Positions 28,001 through 43,000 of a stretch of DNA of 64,000 nt are shown here, piece after piece. Source of the stretch: Phoronis australis (Eukaryota > Animalia > Phoronida); NCBI GenBank assembly GCA_002633005.1, contig NMRA01000555.1, positions 217,867-281,866 of the forward strand, in the 5' to 3' direction. Position 1 is the stretch's first letter; each line of letters starts with the position of its first letter. The translations under genes were made by a program, and so were the position numbers. A model generated the notes under the pieces. The model was given only the letters and a program-made list of their open reading frames with translations, searched no databases and was not told the origin of the DNA.

Positions 28001-31000
28001 GGGTCAGCAACAATTTTCGGGCTACTTCTCCTATCATGGCTTTCTAAAAAATGACAGACAGAACTCAGCCACAGCTAGATGACTCGGGAAATTTCCTCAC
28101 TTTATGAAGAATATCAATTGACACGTGACTGTAGCAGTGCTATAAATAAATGAAGACAACACGACTACACCTTGAACAAAAGTTAATCAAAAGCATAGAC
28201 AGAGGTGTCATTCATCTTTCTGACAGTGATTATGATAAGCGGAGATTCAATCTTGACATTTCTTAAATAAGCAGCAACAGTAGCTCAGTGAGGGTCACAC
28301 TCAAGTACAAACACCTCCAACACTAGTTTCATTCCTGACCAATGCATCCAATCAGAACATGTATGTCCGATAACATACGCCAGTGCACGCCCACAAGCAA
28401 ACACTGATAGACAAACTTTAAAGACGCCAGTGCTGAAACTCAAAGAGCCGATCTTTGCCCACAAGCCATTATAACAATCCTACCTCTGCCATAAGCCTGT
28501 CAATCTTTTGTTGTTTCAGGTCACTATTGCCATCCCCTTTCATTTGATTGGTTGACCTGAGCTCTGCATTGAGCTCATCAATTGATAATTGCTTGGCCTC
28601 CAGCTGTGACCTGAGAGATTCTAGTTCCGCCTCCAATCGTTGATTGGCACGTTGTTTTTGTTGCAGTTTAGTTTCTAGACTGTCTACATCTGCCTTGAGA
28701 GATTCTATCTGGCCTAAAAATTACAAAATCAATGAATCAAAATTGATTTGCAGTAGAAAAATAATTTGTTGCACCATTAACAGCACATAAAAGAGCATCA
28801 TTTACAATGATGCATGCCAAAAATAATAAGACAAAATGACCCAAAATTCCTCTTCATGATGACAGGGCAAACACATAAGCAGAATTCCAGTCATGACAAC
28901 AGAGAGCAAAAATTAGTAGAATAGCTAGAATGATCAGCAGAATTTACACCAACCTTTCAAACTGTTTACGTTTTGGCCTTTGTCAGGTCCACTGCTAGGA
29001 CCACTAGCTCCACCCAGACTCCGCCTTAAACTGTCAACTTCAGCTTGACGAGCTGCTAACAAATCTTCAAGTGTTTTACATTTGCCGAAGTAAGAATGTT
29101 TCTCCTCAGTTAACTCCTTAATTTGTCTGAAAGCGAAATAAAAAGTACACTAACTCATCAAATAAATAATATTGACAATCATCGTTACTATTATCTTGTC
29201 TTACTTTCTTTTTCTTCTATTTATCATATTTTATTTATTTTTTTATTTTGTTTCATCGGTCTTTCCGAGTTAATTTCTTATTCTTTGCTTTGTCTTTCAT
29301 TTTGTAATTCTGTTAGTTTGTCTTACTGTCTGTTTGTTTTTACTGAGGGCCCCCATGGAAAGCAGTCTGAACTGATGGGGTTACCCTCATTGTAAATATT
29401 ACATTAATAAATAAATAAATAAACTATTAATTTGGAAAAAAGTTTGACAGACACAAGCTATGTTTGAAAATAAATAATCATGCAACTTTTCACTTCACAA
29501 AACAACCTGCCTAACCAATAAAACAGTTATCTTTAACTGAACTGTTAGAGGTCGGTAAGTGCTGCTATCTACAAGATAAAATAATTGACCGATGACTTCA
29601 TGTGAAATGTGAAGCATGCCATACGACTGGTCAATGTTAAGTTACTATTGGTGGTCACGACCCCCAAGAGTTGGGAAGTTGGGAATGCTGATACTTAAAT
29701 GATGAAGGGGAGGGAATGTAGTGTGACTTACTGTCTATGGACGGTGTCCCCCTGTTCCTTGGCTGACCGTAAATCTTCAGACTTGTCTTTAAGAACCTTG
29801 ATCTCTTCCTCGTACTCATGTATTGCCTGGGCGGAGAGAGACTAGCATGACAAGATACTAAACACATGGAATGTCACCACATAATACAGACAGATGGAGA
29901 AACAATGAGCTGGGACGTGATCCACAAAACCAAGACACTCACAAGTAAAGCTAGAGCGTGACCACGAATTTTGCTTATAATATGTGACGATATCTTGAGA
30001 AGACTTGCGTGATCTTGATTTTCTCGTAGAAAACATGCTCTACAGAATGCAAACCTGTGGTCATTTACTAGATACGGAATGAACATTCTCAAAGAACTAG
30101 GATCCAGTTAGAACAAAATTCAAATTTTAACCATTTTTCGCCCTAGATGTCTAAACATTTGGACCTGAATGGCTGAAATGATAAGACTTTGAAGTAGGCC
30201 TGATATGACCTTTTCTCAAAGTTTTACAATAAAATAATTTCACAAACCAATGGCACCCAGTCATATAATGACTGCTGCCACCTAACAGCTGATGGAAGTA
30301 CTAATACTTCACACTAACTGTCTTGAGAAACAGTGCATCCATGTATTGAATAGAGGATTTTGCACAAGCATCTAGTACTAAATATATAATGCTTTTGTCT
30401 TAACTTTCAATGTGGAATTGAAACGTTTTACCCATCAACCAATTTAGAGCTTCCAATCATCCTCAGAAAGCAATATTTTAGCGAAGAATTTTCATGGAAC
30501 GCAGTGCTAGGCACACATTCCACAAGGACAATTGTCATTTTCCCCCAAAATGTTCCATTGCGAATCTTTTGTTTCAAGTCAAACGATATTCCAAAATTTG
30601 CTCTACATCATAGTAATGAGAGAGAGCATTGAACAGCAAAGAGACCAGAAACAACTTATAGAATTCAAGTGCTCCACACTAAAACGTGTACACCCAACCA
30701 CACATTCACTACTTAATTTACCAGCAATAAGAAACCACGAACAAAAAACAATTTTGCAAAAACTAAAATTAAATATGATACACAACAATGGGAAAACAAT
30801 TGTACAAAAATGCAATGTTCACACATGAACATTATACAAAAATCATAATTTAAAATTAATGTGTAAATGAAAATACTCGAAACTGTCACTGATAGATTTA
30901 CCTTTTGACGATATGACTGCATGAAATGACAGCAAGGAATGAGAAATAAATAGGACACCTTAAGCAACATATTCCACCATGAGAAACAAAGTAGGAGAAT

Positions 31001-34000
31001 ACATCCCGAAATGTTAACTTTTAATTAATTTAACAACTTGTTGTAAAGACAAACAGAGTGCCACAATTTAAAAATAATCCCATTGGCATGTGAGCCAGCC
31101 TACAATCCCATTGGCATGTGAGACAGCCTACAAACTTTGAGAAGGAAACAATACTGAAGAAGATCAAAAGTTTAAACAAAAAAATCACTGGCTTCAGTTT
31201 TCTAAATAAAGTCAGTATTAACTATCCGTTATAATAGGCATTCAAAAACACTATACTGAGAAATGCTAAAAAAGCTAGCAGCAGTTTTTCACCAGCTCGC
31301 CCCTAGTCTTCCAACACAGTGTGCTACCAACACCCGTCACAGAGTGCTTCCAACACCCGTCACAGTGTGCTACCTACCCTGCCATCCCCTGAACTGAAGT
31401 TACTGTCCTTTTTTCCCCTTAGATCCTTGAACTTTGTGTCCAGAGTCTTGTATTTTTCTTTCTCTCTCATCAATTGTCGTTTAGATTCCTTGGCTTCAAC
31501 CTTTTAAGACAGAATAATAACTCATCATACTGAAAAACACTCGCTTTCAACAAGTGGATTCAAAGCACAAAGGTGAACCTAAATATCCATTTCACTCGAA
31601 TTAATTCTAATTCAGAATATAATTTATCGAAATTTCGAAATTCTTTAAAATTTTTACGTATTAAGGACTTGCCTGTCAAACTTCCCTAACCACCAGAAAT
31701 TGGACAGTTAGGCGCAACAACATTGAATAAAAAATTGGTTTAAATACAACACCACTATTTCTTTGCATCAAAAAATTGTGAGTTGTAAAAAACTTGGCAT
31801 AAAATGTGTCAATGATTGGCTGCAGTGTTTGACATAGCTCTCATGAAGTCTTCCCAGTCTACGATAAAACATCACAAGTACTCGACAAAATTAATACCAG
31901 AAATTGATCTTTTTCATTTTACAGATTTTTAAAATTTTGAGTTCTAAGTTTCTCAAAGCATTGTCCCATGGAAGCTCTGATACAGAATTTAAATGTGAAA
32001 AATTATTTAATATGGTGCTACTTGCCTTTTAGGAAAGAAATAGAAACCCTGTCCTAAGTTGGTGAGATTTTAAAAGCACTTTTTCCACAAAAAGGGAGCT
32101 ATAACACATGTATATTATGCACCATAAACGTGGAGTACCTGAAGTTTGGCGTTGTCATTCAACAACTTATCCTCAACCTCGGACAGTTTACTGGCCCTGT
32201 CAGCTCTCTCTTGATGAAGTCTCTCCTCTGTGATCTTTAACCTCTGTTCCAGAGACTTCACCTGAAACCACAAAGTGTCTCATTAGCAGTTATCCACCAG
32301 AGGGCATAACTGTCACTGAAAGCATGGGTATGGTACACATTGCCCATTTTCAAACATGAACTGTGTAAGAACTCCACAAGTCTTCTTTTACCTCTGAGCA
32401 CTTAATAAGTTTTAGCACAACTTTTTTCAATTTAGTTCTCATTTTGGCTTAACTTCTTTACAATATTAATTCCTAAAATACAACTTTCACAAACAAAGCA
32501 CTTCTCAACAACTGCAGGTCACCAACATGACCACAGATTTTTTGGCAGCCTGGTTAATATACTAGGTCACCATGAAATCACCACACAACAAAATACTACA
32601 AGAAGTAAACAGACGGAAGTCGGAAACGTTCAGCTAATTTTCCATTCCCACAAAAAACACGGTTCAGGCACTCTCGGCTGCATCGTGGTAACATTCGATC
32701 AGTTTGCCCGTTTCTCCTTTCAGGTATCTCGTTTATTTCATTTTCCGCTCTTGCCATGGTTTGGCGACTTCAGTCCTTGTCTGGCAAAATTCCCAGTTCA
32801 TATTTGGTGACTTGACATTATGCTTAGTGTCAAGCCCTGAACCTGAATACAGCTAACGTTACCTTTTTCTCCGCTGTAGACCCTTCATTGCCAGAGTCAA
32901 GCTGCTGCTTCAAGATATTATTGAACTCTGTCACCTCGGCCAGTTTCTTGGCCGTCTCTTTCCGCAGGTCCACCTCCTGGTGAAGAGATCTCTCGCTCTG
33001 ATTCAACAGTTCCTTGACCCGCTTCAGTTCATCCTGAAAAGACCAGCAAAATACCAATCTGAGCCAGAGGTATATCCGTTTCATTAGATGTGATATACGG
33101 AATTCCTGAAATTCTTTCAAGATACAAGGTAAAGCTCAATAAATGGTACTCAACGAGACCCACAGATTTTATCCTTGTTGGCAAAATGAAATTTATCCAA
33201 AGAGCGAATGCACAAACTAGAACACTGAGTGTAGAAAATATCCGACATATTCAACTTGCAAGAGCTTTTACACTCAAAGCTGCTCTTTTAGAAAATACAC
33301 TGGCTAGTAAGTATATTGTAGATATTAAAAGTGAAAGATTTAACACCTATTCCAAGCATAACATTATCATGTTTCACCAAGTGAAACTTTCAAACCATTT
33401 ATTATATGGTACATTCAGTTGTGTATATTACGTGAAAACAAATTAGAGCAATAAACATATTCTGCAAGCACAGGCAATTTGAAGTCAAAGTTAGCGGCAA
33501 AAAATCAGCTATTTGCTCAAAATGTGGAGCATTGCAAATGTGTTCCATTTTCTACCTTCAAAGATGTAGCTTCCATTTTGTAGGCATCCAGAATCTTGGA
33601 TCGATCAGAAAATGACAGCGTGTGGAGGGCATCGCTGCTACTACGAGCCAACTCAAGTTGCTTCTCAAGAGAACCATTCTGAAAAAGCCAAAATACATTC
33701 TTGGAAAAAACAGCAAAACACTCAAAAAACTATGAATTTGAACACTGGATGTTAAATCAATAACAGAACTTACAACAGGCATATTCATGAGTTGGAAACA
33801 AGTAACGTTAGTCAGAAGGTCGTTGTGCAGTAAAAATATGTCAGTATTTGTCGTGAATGGGCGATATTCTGCAATGCGCAATGCAAGGGCCATGCCACAC
33901 TTATCTGGTTATTTTTTGTAGTTGCAGTATAAATTATCTAGTCCATCTTCTCAGTGGTTTTCATAATTTTACTTTAGTTACGATGTCATATTGTGGCTAA

Positions 34001-37000
34001 GTTTGATCACTGCCGATAGGCCTTGCCAAAATCTCTGGCACAATAGATCATAGACAGCAGATTTGCAACTCAGATATATTGTTATGAAATTCTCAGAGGA
34101 AGCGCCATTTCCAGTTAGTTATTTTTTTGCCCGAAGTGAAACGCTACAGAGACTCACACCAGGAGACATTAATAAAATAGTGAAAATGGTCGCAGCTTGT
34201 GCGCAAGGCAAGATCACACGTGTAGTAGGCCTACATGAATCATGATACAGAACCCATAATATATTGTGGCACTGCTGACAATTCAGTAGGTTTTCATTTT
34301 ACCCTCCTATAGAAGCTTGATGATTCTGGATCACTGAAGTCATAAAATATTTCTTCGACTCTATCATTTCTCGTCTGAGAGGCTCCCATATTTAAAAACT
34401 TGTGGTAAAATTAGTGTTCATGTCCCCAACTTTGATCCACAAAAACTGTCTGCTTGAGTGCAGAACTCTCAGAACCAAAACACATTTTGAGTATAATGAC
34501 CAAAACAATCAAAGATCCAAAAAGTGTATTACCTGAAAATTACAGAATCTAAACCTTCTGAATTCTGAAAAGTGAAATTTTTCAAAAAACACAAAGAATA
34601 GTTTCAGTGTTTAGGTTTTCTAATTTATTTCAAACCACAGTTGGGAGCGTCATTGCTTTAAGGTCAAGTCACATCAACAGAATGTCTTAGTGTATTTTTT
34701 GTCTTTGTGCAGTAGGCTAAATGAGTTTCCACATTTTCAAGAATATCTCAAAAATATTGTTCTTCTTAGAGCATTTCAGCACGGTATTAATTAAGCACAG
34801 AGCAGAAACAGCCAAGAAGAAAATAGCCTTAAAACCAAACTGCAACCACAAAATTAATAATGTCACAATTCTAGTTTTTTTTCTTATGTCTACTGAAGTC
34901 ATAGTAAGTACCAACACAGAATGAAATATGGTCTGTACTCTACGTTCATGCAATACTACTGAAAAAAACAGAAATGTTTTGTGGCTGAAACAAAATTATT
35001 CATAATTCCATAACGGTCCTTATTCCAAAATAAAAAAACGAAACATCTGGACTTGGGCTACACAACAAGGGGGCAATGTCCACCGCAACACTCAGAAAAG
35101 CCATGCCATGTGAAATATTAATCAGGCCACGGACTACATGCCAAGTTGAAAAGAGATTAATCTATAATTGCCAGCGACCCCTCATGAGAGGACAACCTTA
35201 GAATCGATGTCGTTAGGGATCTAAACAATAACACTGTGATGTGTGTCCGTTGTGATACTCAACTGATAACTACCCAGCTAACCACAGTGACTGATAGGAG
35301 TCTGTCTGAGTTTCAGGCAATGTCAAAAAAACAACACAACCACCTACAGGGCTAGAATGATGATCATAATCAGCATCAAAATTCAATTACAGTTCTCTAA
35401 CTGACAAACTTAACCCACAAAAATGTTAACTTTTTCATTTTCTGTCTTAGAAATTCTCCCGCAAAAACAGGAAGCACGTTTGCGTACATAATTACAATTT
35501 ACGAGAGAAAAATTAAACAGAATGAGAAAAACAGATTTGTAACTTTTAAAACCAATTGGTAATTGACCTTTTATTACTATCGCAACACTGAAATTGCAAC
35601 TATTTTGTTTATGGCGTAAACATAAAATCATGGACTGTAAGATATCGAAATACTTGTTAGTGCAGTAAGAGTTAGGAAAGGCTCTTAAGGGGATTTGTGG
35701 TTTATGCAATTATGGGTACAGTGCTGAAAATAGGGGCCATAATAAGTCATTCACAGGGTCCTGCATTTTGTAATCTTCACAGAATAATAGACGGTCTGGT
35801 TCTTAAAATTGGGGGCCACTTTAAATGACTTTTGATGAAAAACCATACACTCTCACAATTTTTTTCCTCCTACAAAAAAGGACTAAAACCGCACAACCAA
35901 TCTAATGAGTGCATCAAATTGCAGAAGTCTTACCTCAGCCTTTAGCATGTCGTTTTCCTTGGACAGTTTCACTAGCCTATCATTCAGCTGTTCTTGTTCT
36001 CTATCACTCGTTTCCCTAGACCGTCGCTTTAACTTCTGTAGTTCCCTACTGAGGTCGCCCTTAGACACATCTGCTTGGCTCAACGCTTCTTCCAATTGTA
36101 CTTCCAAGTCCTGGATTTTTTCTACAAAACATGATCACATACTAACAAGCCATTTAATTTCTACAACTAGCAAATGGCTATAAACCCTAGCCTAGCATAG
36201 TTATCCACAACTTTATCATGATGTAAATTTAGTGATCGCACTGAACTCGCAGCTAACTTAATGATTGTGTACAAAAGTGTGAAAACACATGAAATTCAGG
36301 CTGTAATCCTCTCAAGTGATGTGCAATAATTCTCCAAGATCTTTAATCCAGAAAATAGCTTCAAGAACTCATCCTCCACAGCCAATCCTCCATTTCCACA
36401 TGTCAAAGGGAACCATTTCTCTGGTAAATGACAGTAGAGGTGACGCGGTTATCATCCAAAAACATTTGAAAGATTTCACTACCAAGACGAAATTTCACTA
36501 AACCAGACAAAATCAGTGAAGCCGCCAAATAACAGAAAATACCCCTGCTGACAGCCAAGACCCCACTATCCTCTCACCTTAGAAGACAGCAGATTACCTG
36601 AACTGATTCAAAGCAGAAGTGTGTTGTATACACTATATATCCCAGTCTCTGCTGTATATTGTCAAATGTAAATGCCTGAACCTAATTATGCCTTGTTGAA
36701 TTCACTGTCTATGCAGGCATTAGACAGCATCCTTAGCACACGTCAATGGATGGGTATAGTAACACAGTCAGACACTAACAATCCTGCTGGGATGACAACT
36801 ATCACAGTCACCTTTTGTTATGTGGGCATTAGGGAAATATATCTGAACTCACAGTCGGGGAAATTGACAATATTGATTACTATTCCAGTGGCACTCATCA
36901 TTAAGTGGAAGTGTCTATCACATATCAACTAGTTAAGATGAATATCCAAATTGTCTTCTTTTTACCCTGACCCGAAGGTCTTGCTGTGTTCCATGTTGCA

Positions 37001-40000
37001 TGCATATCAAATTCAAATTTCATTTATTCAGATCTAAATACTTCACTATATACCTGTGTTCTCCCAACTGATGTTATTAATCACTGTATTACACTAAGGA
37101 GCATGCAAAACTTTTCTTATTTTGATGATTTCTGAGACTGTATCTTCAATATGAATGTCAAGCTGTTAAGGCATTTTATTGAAACCATGAGTTCTTTCCA
37201 AATTTTTGTTAAAATTTACAAGCAAGGCAATGTCACACCAATCAAGCAAAACAGTAAAATGCTTTTACAGGGTTCTTTTCCACAAAACTGTGCAGACCAT
37301 GATATTGTAAAGCCACCACCAGAAATACCAGACATCACCTGAAAGGGTTTATACCCACCAGCGCTGACATCTGGTGGCAAAATTCCCACAACAATAATCA
37401 AGAGGACAAATAAACAGACCTGGGAGCGTATCCATATCAACCACTTCAGCATAAGATCATCTCCTTGAAAAACCTATTCAGTCCAAAATTAAATTTCATA
37501 GCTTTTTGCTTTCACAGATAAACTTCCAGATAAATCTATGGTAACTTGTAATATAAGGCTTGATGCAACTTACTGAATATTATTATTCATAATCTAAAGT
37601 ACAAGGTGATGTCAGAATCAAAATAGCCTGTCACTGGTCTTACCCTGTGCCTTGTTGTATTTCTCCTTGAGCCATTTGTTTTCAGTTTGAAGACTGGAGT
37701 TTTCCACCTGCAGTCTTCTTACTTGACTCTCTATCACTTCCTGTTATGGAGGGAAATCGGACATCTTAAGAAATGCACACGTGTGACATGGAAAAAAACC
37801 TAGACAAATTTCATCAAAATGCATCTCGTTTCCAACAAGATGAGATTGTAGCTTGCAATAAATTATTTTAATTATAGTTAGTTGAAAATTTTGCAATGAA
37901 ATTTAGTCAACATTTTGAAAATTATGCACACATATTACGAACTGTTAACTACACCGGATACTTTTCATATGAAACACAAAAATGATTTTTTAACACAAAT
38001 ATTAATTTCATTTTCTAAATAAAGCACTCAGCTGAAGTTGTGATTACAAGTATTTCTATTCTCTGAAAGAAGCAGGCTCGCATAAATAACAGAAATCAAC
38101 ACTCACACTAAAATGACATATTACAATTAAAAGCAACAATAACACCTCCGAGTTCATATGTGACACGGCAAGGGGCTTTTTGTAAAACACAAGCGTGACC
38201 ATAACCCAAACAATTGTGGTCCACCTGCCTTCCCTCTACTAGACGGTCAAGTATTTTCGATGCCCTCCGAAATCAGTCCCTCAATATTTCTCTAAAAATA
38301 TGTTGACTGGACACTTCCTGTTGTCTACCATTCATCATCTTTATGACACACGGCATATGATATTCACTCATTTTGGTGGACTTACTTGATCTGTCTCTTA
38401 TTCTAATTCAACATTTTCCACCTATAGTCCTGATTACGGACCTGTTAGCAGACAAGTACGATGACTTTTACCATTGATCGCAGTCAAACCCCTTTCTTTC
38501 TTTAATATGCTGTACACAAAAAATCTTCTATTTGGGACAAAAATAATTGCTCAAATTGGCTTTTTTCTCCTTTCACATCCGCAACAATGGCTGCGGATGC
38601 TCAATACTTTAATTGTTTGGTAAAATTTGCACAGTCAGAGCAAGGCATGTTAGAAGTAATGTGAAATTTCTTGAATTTTTGTTAAGAAATTTCACAAAAT
38701 ATCCCTTCATCTCAAACTAAATAGGTTTTACCACATTAATTTTGCAAATGCATGTGGTGCACTCTACATCAAATTCACTAAAACAACCAAAGTCACTGCG
38801 AATAACACAGACACACAGTGACTGAAGACCATTTTGCACAAACACACACACACTGAATCCAAGTTACCTTGTGCAACTTCAAGTGGGTTTCAGACTGGCA
38901 GCATTAATATTGGAGAAAGTGTCCATGTAATAATTTTACGTGGAGTGAAGATTAACCACGGCCAAATTGGTATAAGCTTCCAAAACCGCAGCTCAAGTCG
39001 TTCAACACAAACCCGCATGCACGCACACAAAAATCCTGTAGTGCTTTGGTAGCATTGGTATTACTGGGTAACATTACACCTCTAAGGTAAAAAGTTGGAG
39101 GGGATTCTGGTTCGACGTTTTTGAAAAAAGCAGGGTTAAATGCCAAGAGCACTTAATTGGGAAAGCAAAAAAGAACAGCGAATGGGCGCTAAGCCGAGCA
39201 TGGATGTTTAAAAACAAAATTGAGAATTCTCAAATTCACTCCTGAAAATGTCTCCACCAATTTTGCTCACGAGTACGGTATCAGAATGAATAAATAACCA
39301 TAATTCATATCTCTATCACCAAAGAGTGGGTATTTCCCATTCACATGTCTAGACGGCACTGAGTATTCTTTACCAAAAAAGGTAAGTGAGTTGTGCAACA
39401 TTTGGGAGCTCAAATTCTCACAAGATTAACTATCGCACCCTTATACTCTACCCACAAAATTTTGAAACGTGATTTCAGTTTGGCTACCTCAAGGAATAAG
39501 TTTGTTTCCTCACAACTGAGATTTAGCAGAAAAATTACATCCAAACAAAATAAAAGATGAATATCCTTTCCCGGGCATCATCTCTTACAGACACAGAACA
39601 TTCATCTTGGACTGGACAATGACGTACAGTGTACAAGACAGTGGAGACGGACTCAACATAGCAACGGACACTCACCTTTTCTACAGCCAAAGACCGTTGG
39701 TCAATACCGCTACCCCGCGGCGTGCTGGATCGACTATTCAAGAACTGGAGGAGAGATTAAAGCATGCAAACACCATCACCATGGTTACTGGGTAAGCAAA
39801 CAACAAACACCGATTATCCAATGACACAGTGAGGCTGTATATTTTGCAAAGCCTACTTTTTGTGATAAAATTGTCCAACCAATTCTTTTAAAAGGATACT
39901 AAACCCTGTTTTGATGATTTCAAAAAATACTCGTTCTAATGCCTGCTAATGCATCATTGGCGCCAATTTCCCAAGTTAAAGCCAGGAATCAACCAAAAAC

Positions 40001-43000
40001 TCCCACTCCTTACGTCACAGACTGGACACTGTAGTCCTTGGTGGGCAGTTTTCCCACAGTTGCCGTGTAATTTGCTAAAAGCGTATGTCACGCTTGCCAG
40101 TTTAGAAGACTTTGAAAAGAGATTTCAAATTTTCCTCCAAACTTTTGAGGGTTGTTGAGGGTTACGAAGCATTATTTCGTTTCAAAGAACTGGATGGGAA
40201 AGTCGTTTTTAGTATCTGTTATTAGACCAACCGGGTTTGGTATCCTTTTAAGCATCTTCAAACCAAAACCACAAGATAGTGCGCAGCTTTTTTCCGATAA
40301 AATTTAAGCACGTTAAAAATCAAAATTTTACTGAATTTGCAGAGAGCAAACAGGAAATATTTTAATACAGTTCTGAAAATATACATATGTTTTAAAATCA
40401 AAGGCAAAATTAGAGACATTTTATTCGCTGAATCTAAAAGATGTGGAAAACGATTGCTTTGCAACATAAACAAGCCTTAATTACACAGTGCACTTACAGT
40501 AAAAATTCCTTAATTTCACACACAATAGTATAATTGTTATTCCTAAAAATTAGGGTTATGTATGAAACAACAGAGATAAATATTTTGTTATCCAGACTGA
40601 GACACCATAAATTTTGAAAATGCCCACAAGGAAAATGGCTTTGTCTCAAACAAGCTTCAAAGCCATTTTCAAATTTTTGCTGAAATTTCGAGTGCGCGAA
40701 AAGTGAAGTCTGTCACAAATTGAGGAATTTAACTTAAAATTAAAACCTGTATCAATATAAAAACGTGCAAATTTGGTTAAACATAACTTGTTAAAAAGAA
40801 TTATTTAACTAAAATAGCAGTTTTTATCGTAATCCATGCCGTTTATTTCAGAATCTTTCAATATTTTCAGAATTTGAGAAAAGTATTGTTCAAGACGGTG
40901 ATATTTCAGTCCATTAAAATGGCCAAAAACAAAAATGGAATAGGGCCTTTACACTCACAAAATTGTTCTCGTAATTAACATTCCTTACTGTGATAGGACT
41001 CCATTTCCGTAACCATAACGATTCGGGGGTTTACTGGGGTTGGCCATCCTTAAACTAATTATAATTTGAAGTTGGATGTGGAAATAGAATCCTATCACGG
41101 TAAAAAATAGTATGGGAGCGAGAGTAAAAGGCCATTTTCTACCAGCTACACAAACTGAAGTGCCACTTCAATTCTTAAATGTAATTGTACAAAAGAGATC
41201 TTTCTTAAAAACATTAACAAACAAGTTAATTTCATTATGGCACACACATTAATTCGATCTATCAAATTAACTCACATTTTCTGGCGACTTCAGACGTTCT
41301 GAAAAGCTTGTATTGCTCTCTTGTCTACTAATCTGCTGAAAAACCATGCAACAAGTTACGCCACCTATTGGTTAAAGTAGTACAAGAATACAGGGTGCAC
41401 CACAGAAACTTACAATACTGCTACCAAAAAGAAATATAGATTTGCAGAAACAATAACAGCAGCGTCATCCACAAGCTCAGCAACAGACCAGGACTGTTGT
41501 CCTCAAGATAAGTGACACAGAGGTGGAGGCAGATCCACGGGACTCCATCACTGAGAAAGGATGTGATCAATCATTCATCTACTACGTCTGCTACTTGTAT
41601 TTTAAGAAGAGAGCTCAGTGGCTATTCAGTGCTGGCTTTCAGAAGTAGTCACCAAAGTTTACAACTACGGAAAATGTAGAAAAATATGCACCTAGTTAGG
41701 CCCATGCGCCTGTATCCAAAATGAGTTGTTTTTTTAAAAAAGTTTTGGTCCAGTGTTGTGCAAACAAGCACGTGCAATTAAGCACGACTCCTTGAGAGTG
41801 TGTAGCTTTTGTCTGTATTTTCCACTCCCAGCAGTTGATGTTACATTGAAACACCAACATCTATCACTGCAACAAAAAAAAAACTTGCTCAGATGCTGGT
41901 TGAAAATTTCCTTCTCTTCATTCAGATGCCTTGTGTGAATGTGACTGTAGCCAACTCTGGATACAGGCACAGTAATTACACATACGTGGATGGCTAAAGT
42001 ACGGGATACATGGTAGGGCAAATTCCTTGATTGAATTATAGGTTAAGGGAGTCCTGTGACGGTTTGCAAATGTAAAATTATCTGTTTCATAAATCACGAC
42101 AGATCTTCTTTCCTCTGCTAGTTGTCATAGATTCTCCAACCTAGGCACCACCCATTCTCTGTCTGTACGTCAGCAACTGCCAATTCACCCCCACCCCCCA
42201 CTTCCTCAGCTACCCCTAATCGGACCCATTTATCATTCACGACCGCAGATTCAGATTTAATTTCACGCTTCCGTTAGCTTTAAAAACAAGACCACGTTGA
42301 ACATGCCATCTAACTCACGATTTAAGGGTACAAAAAATTACCACTTTCTTATTTATACAAACGGTTCACAAGAAAGACCTTCACCCCCCGGTGTGAAGTG
42401 AAGGACTAGAAAAAAAGGACTGATGCTGAGCTTGCTGATCTTGCCACAAAACAAAACAAAACAAAACACAAAAAAGACAAACAATTAGTTAAAATTACCA
42501 AAACTGAATTATACGCTTCAGCGATTGTTCTTTCAATATCGAGATAATCTTGCTGGATTTCACGAAGTCTCGCATCTGATAACTCGTTTGTTCGCATGGC
42601 TAACTCGATCTCCGAGTCACAAGACTGGTCATGGCAAGACACAGACATCGTGGAGCAGTTGTCAGAAATTTCCTCGTAGATATGGTCAGAGAGGACGTGG
42701 ACATAGTTCTCCTCTCTACCANGTGACCTTCTGTCATCTAAAGCAAAGTTTCATTAAGACTATGACCTATTATGTCGAACCTCACAAGCAATTTTTTTCC
42801 ACACCAAGTGAAGAGAAGTTTACCATGAAGGTCCGTTGGAAGATAAAGACTATTAAGGGGTTACAGGCATATTTAACTGTATCAGCTTTCCTCTCTTTCT
42901 CTCTCAAACTGAAATTCATCCAAGGCAACACACATTTCACAATTTCGAACTTGGCAGTTTCATTATATTTGACCATCCCAGTGTCACCCCTGATGACACA

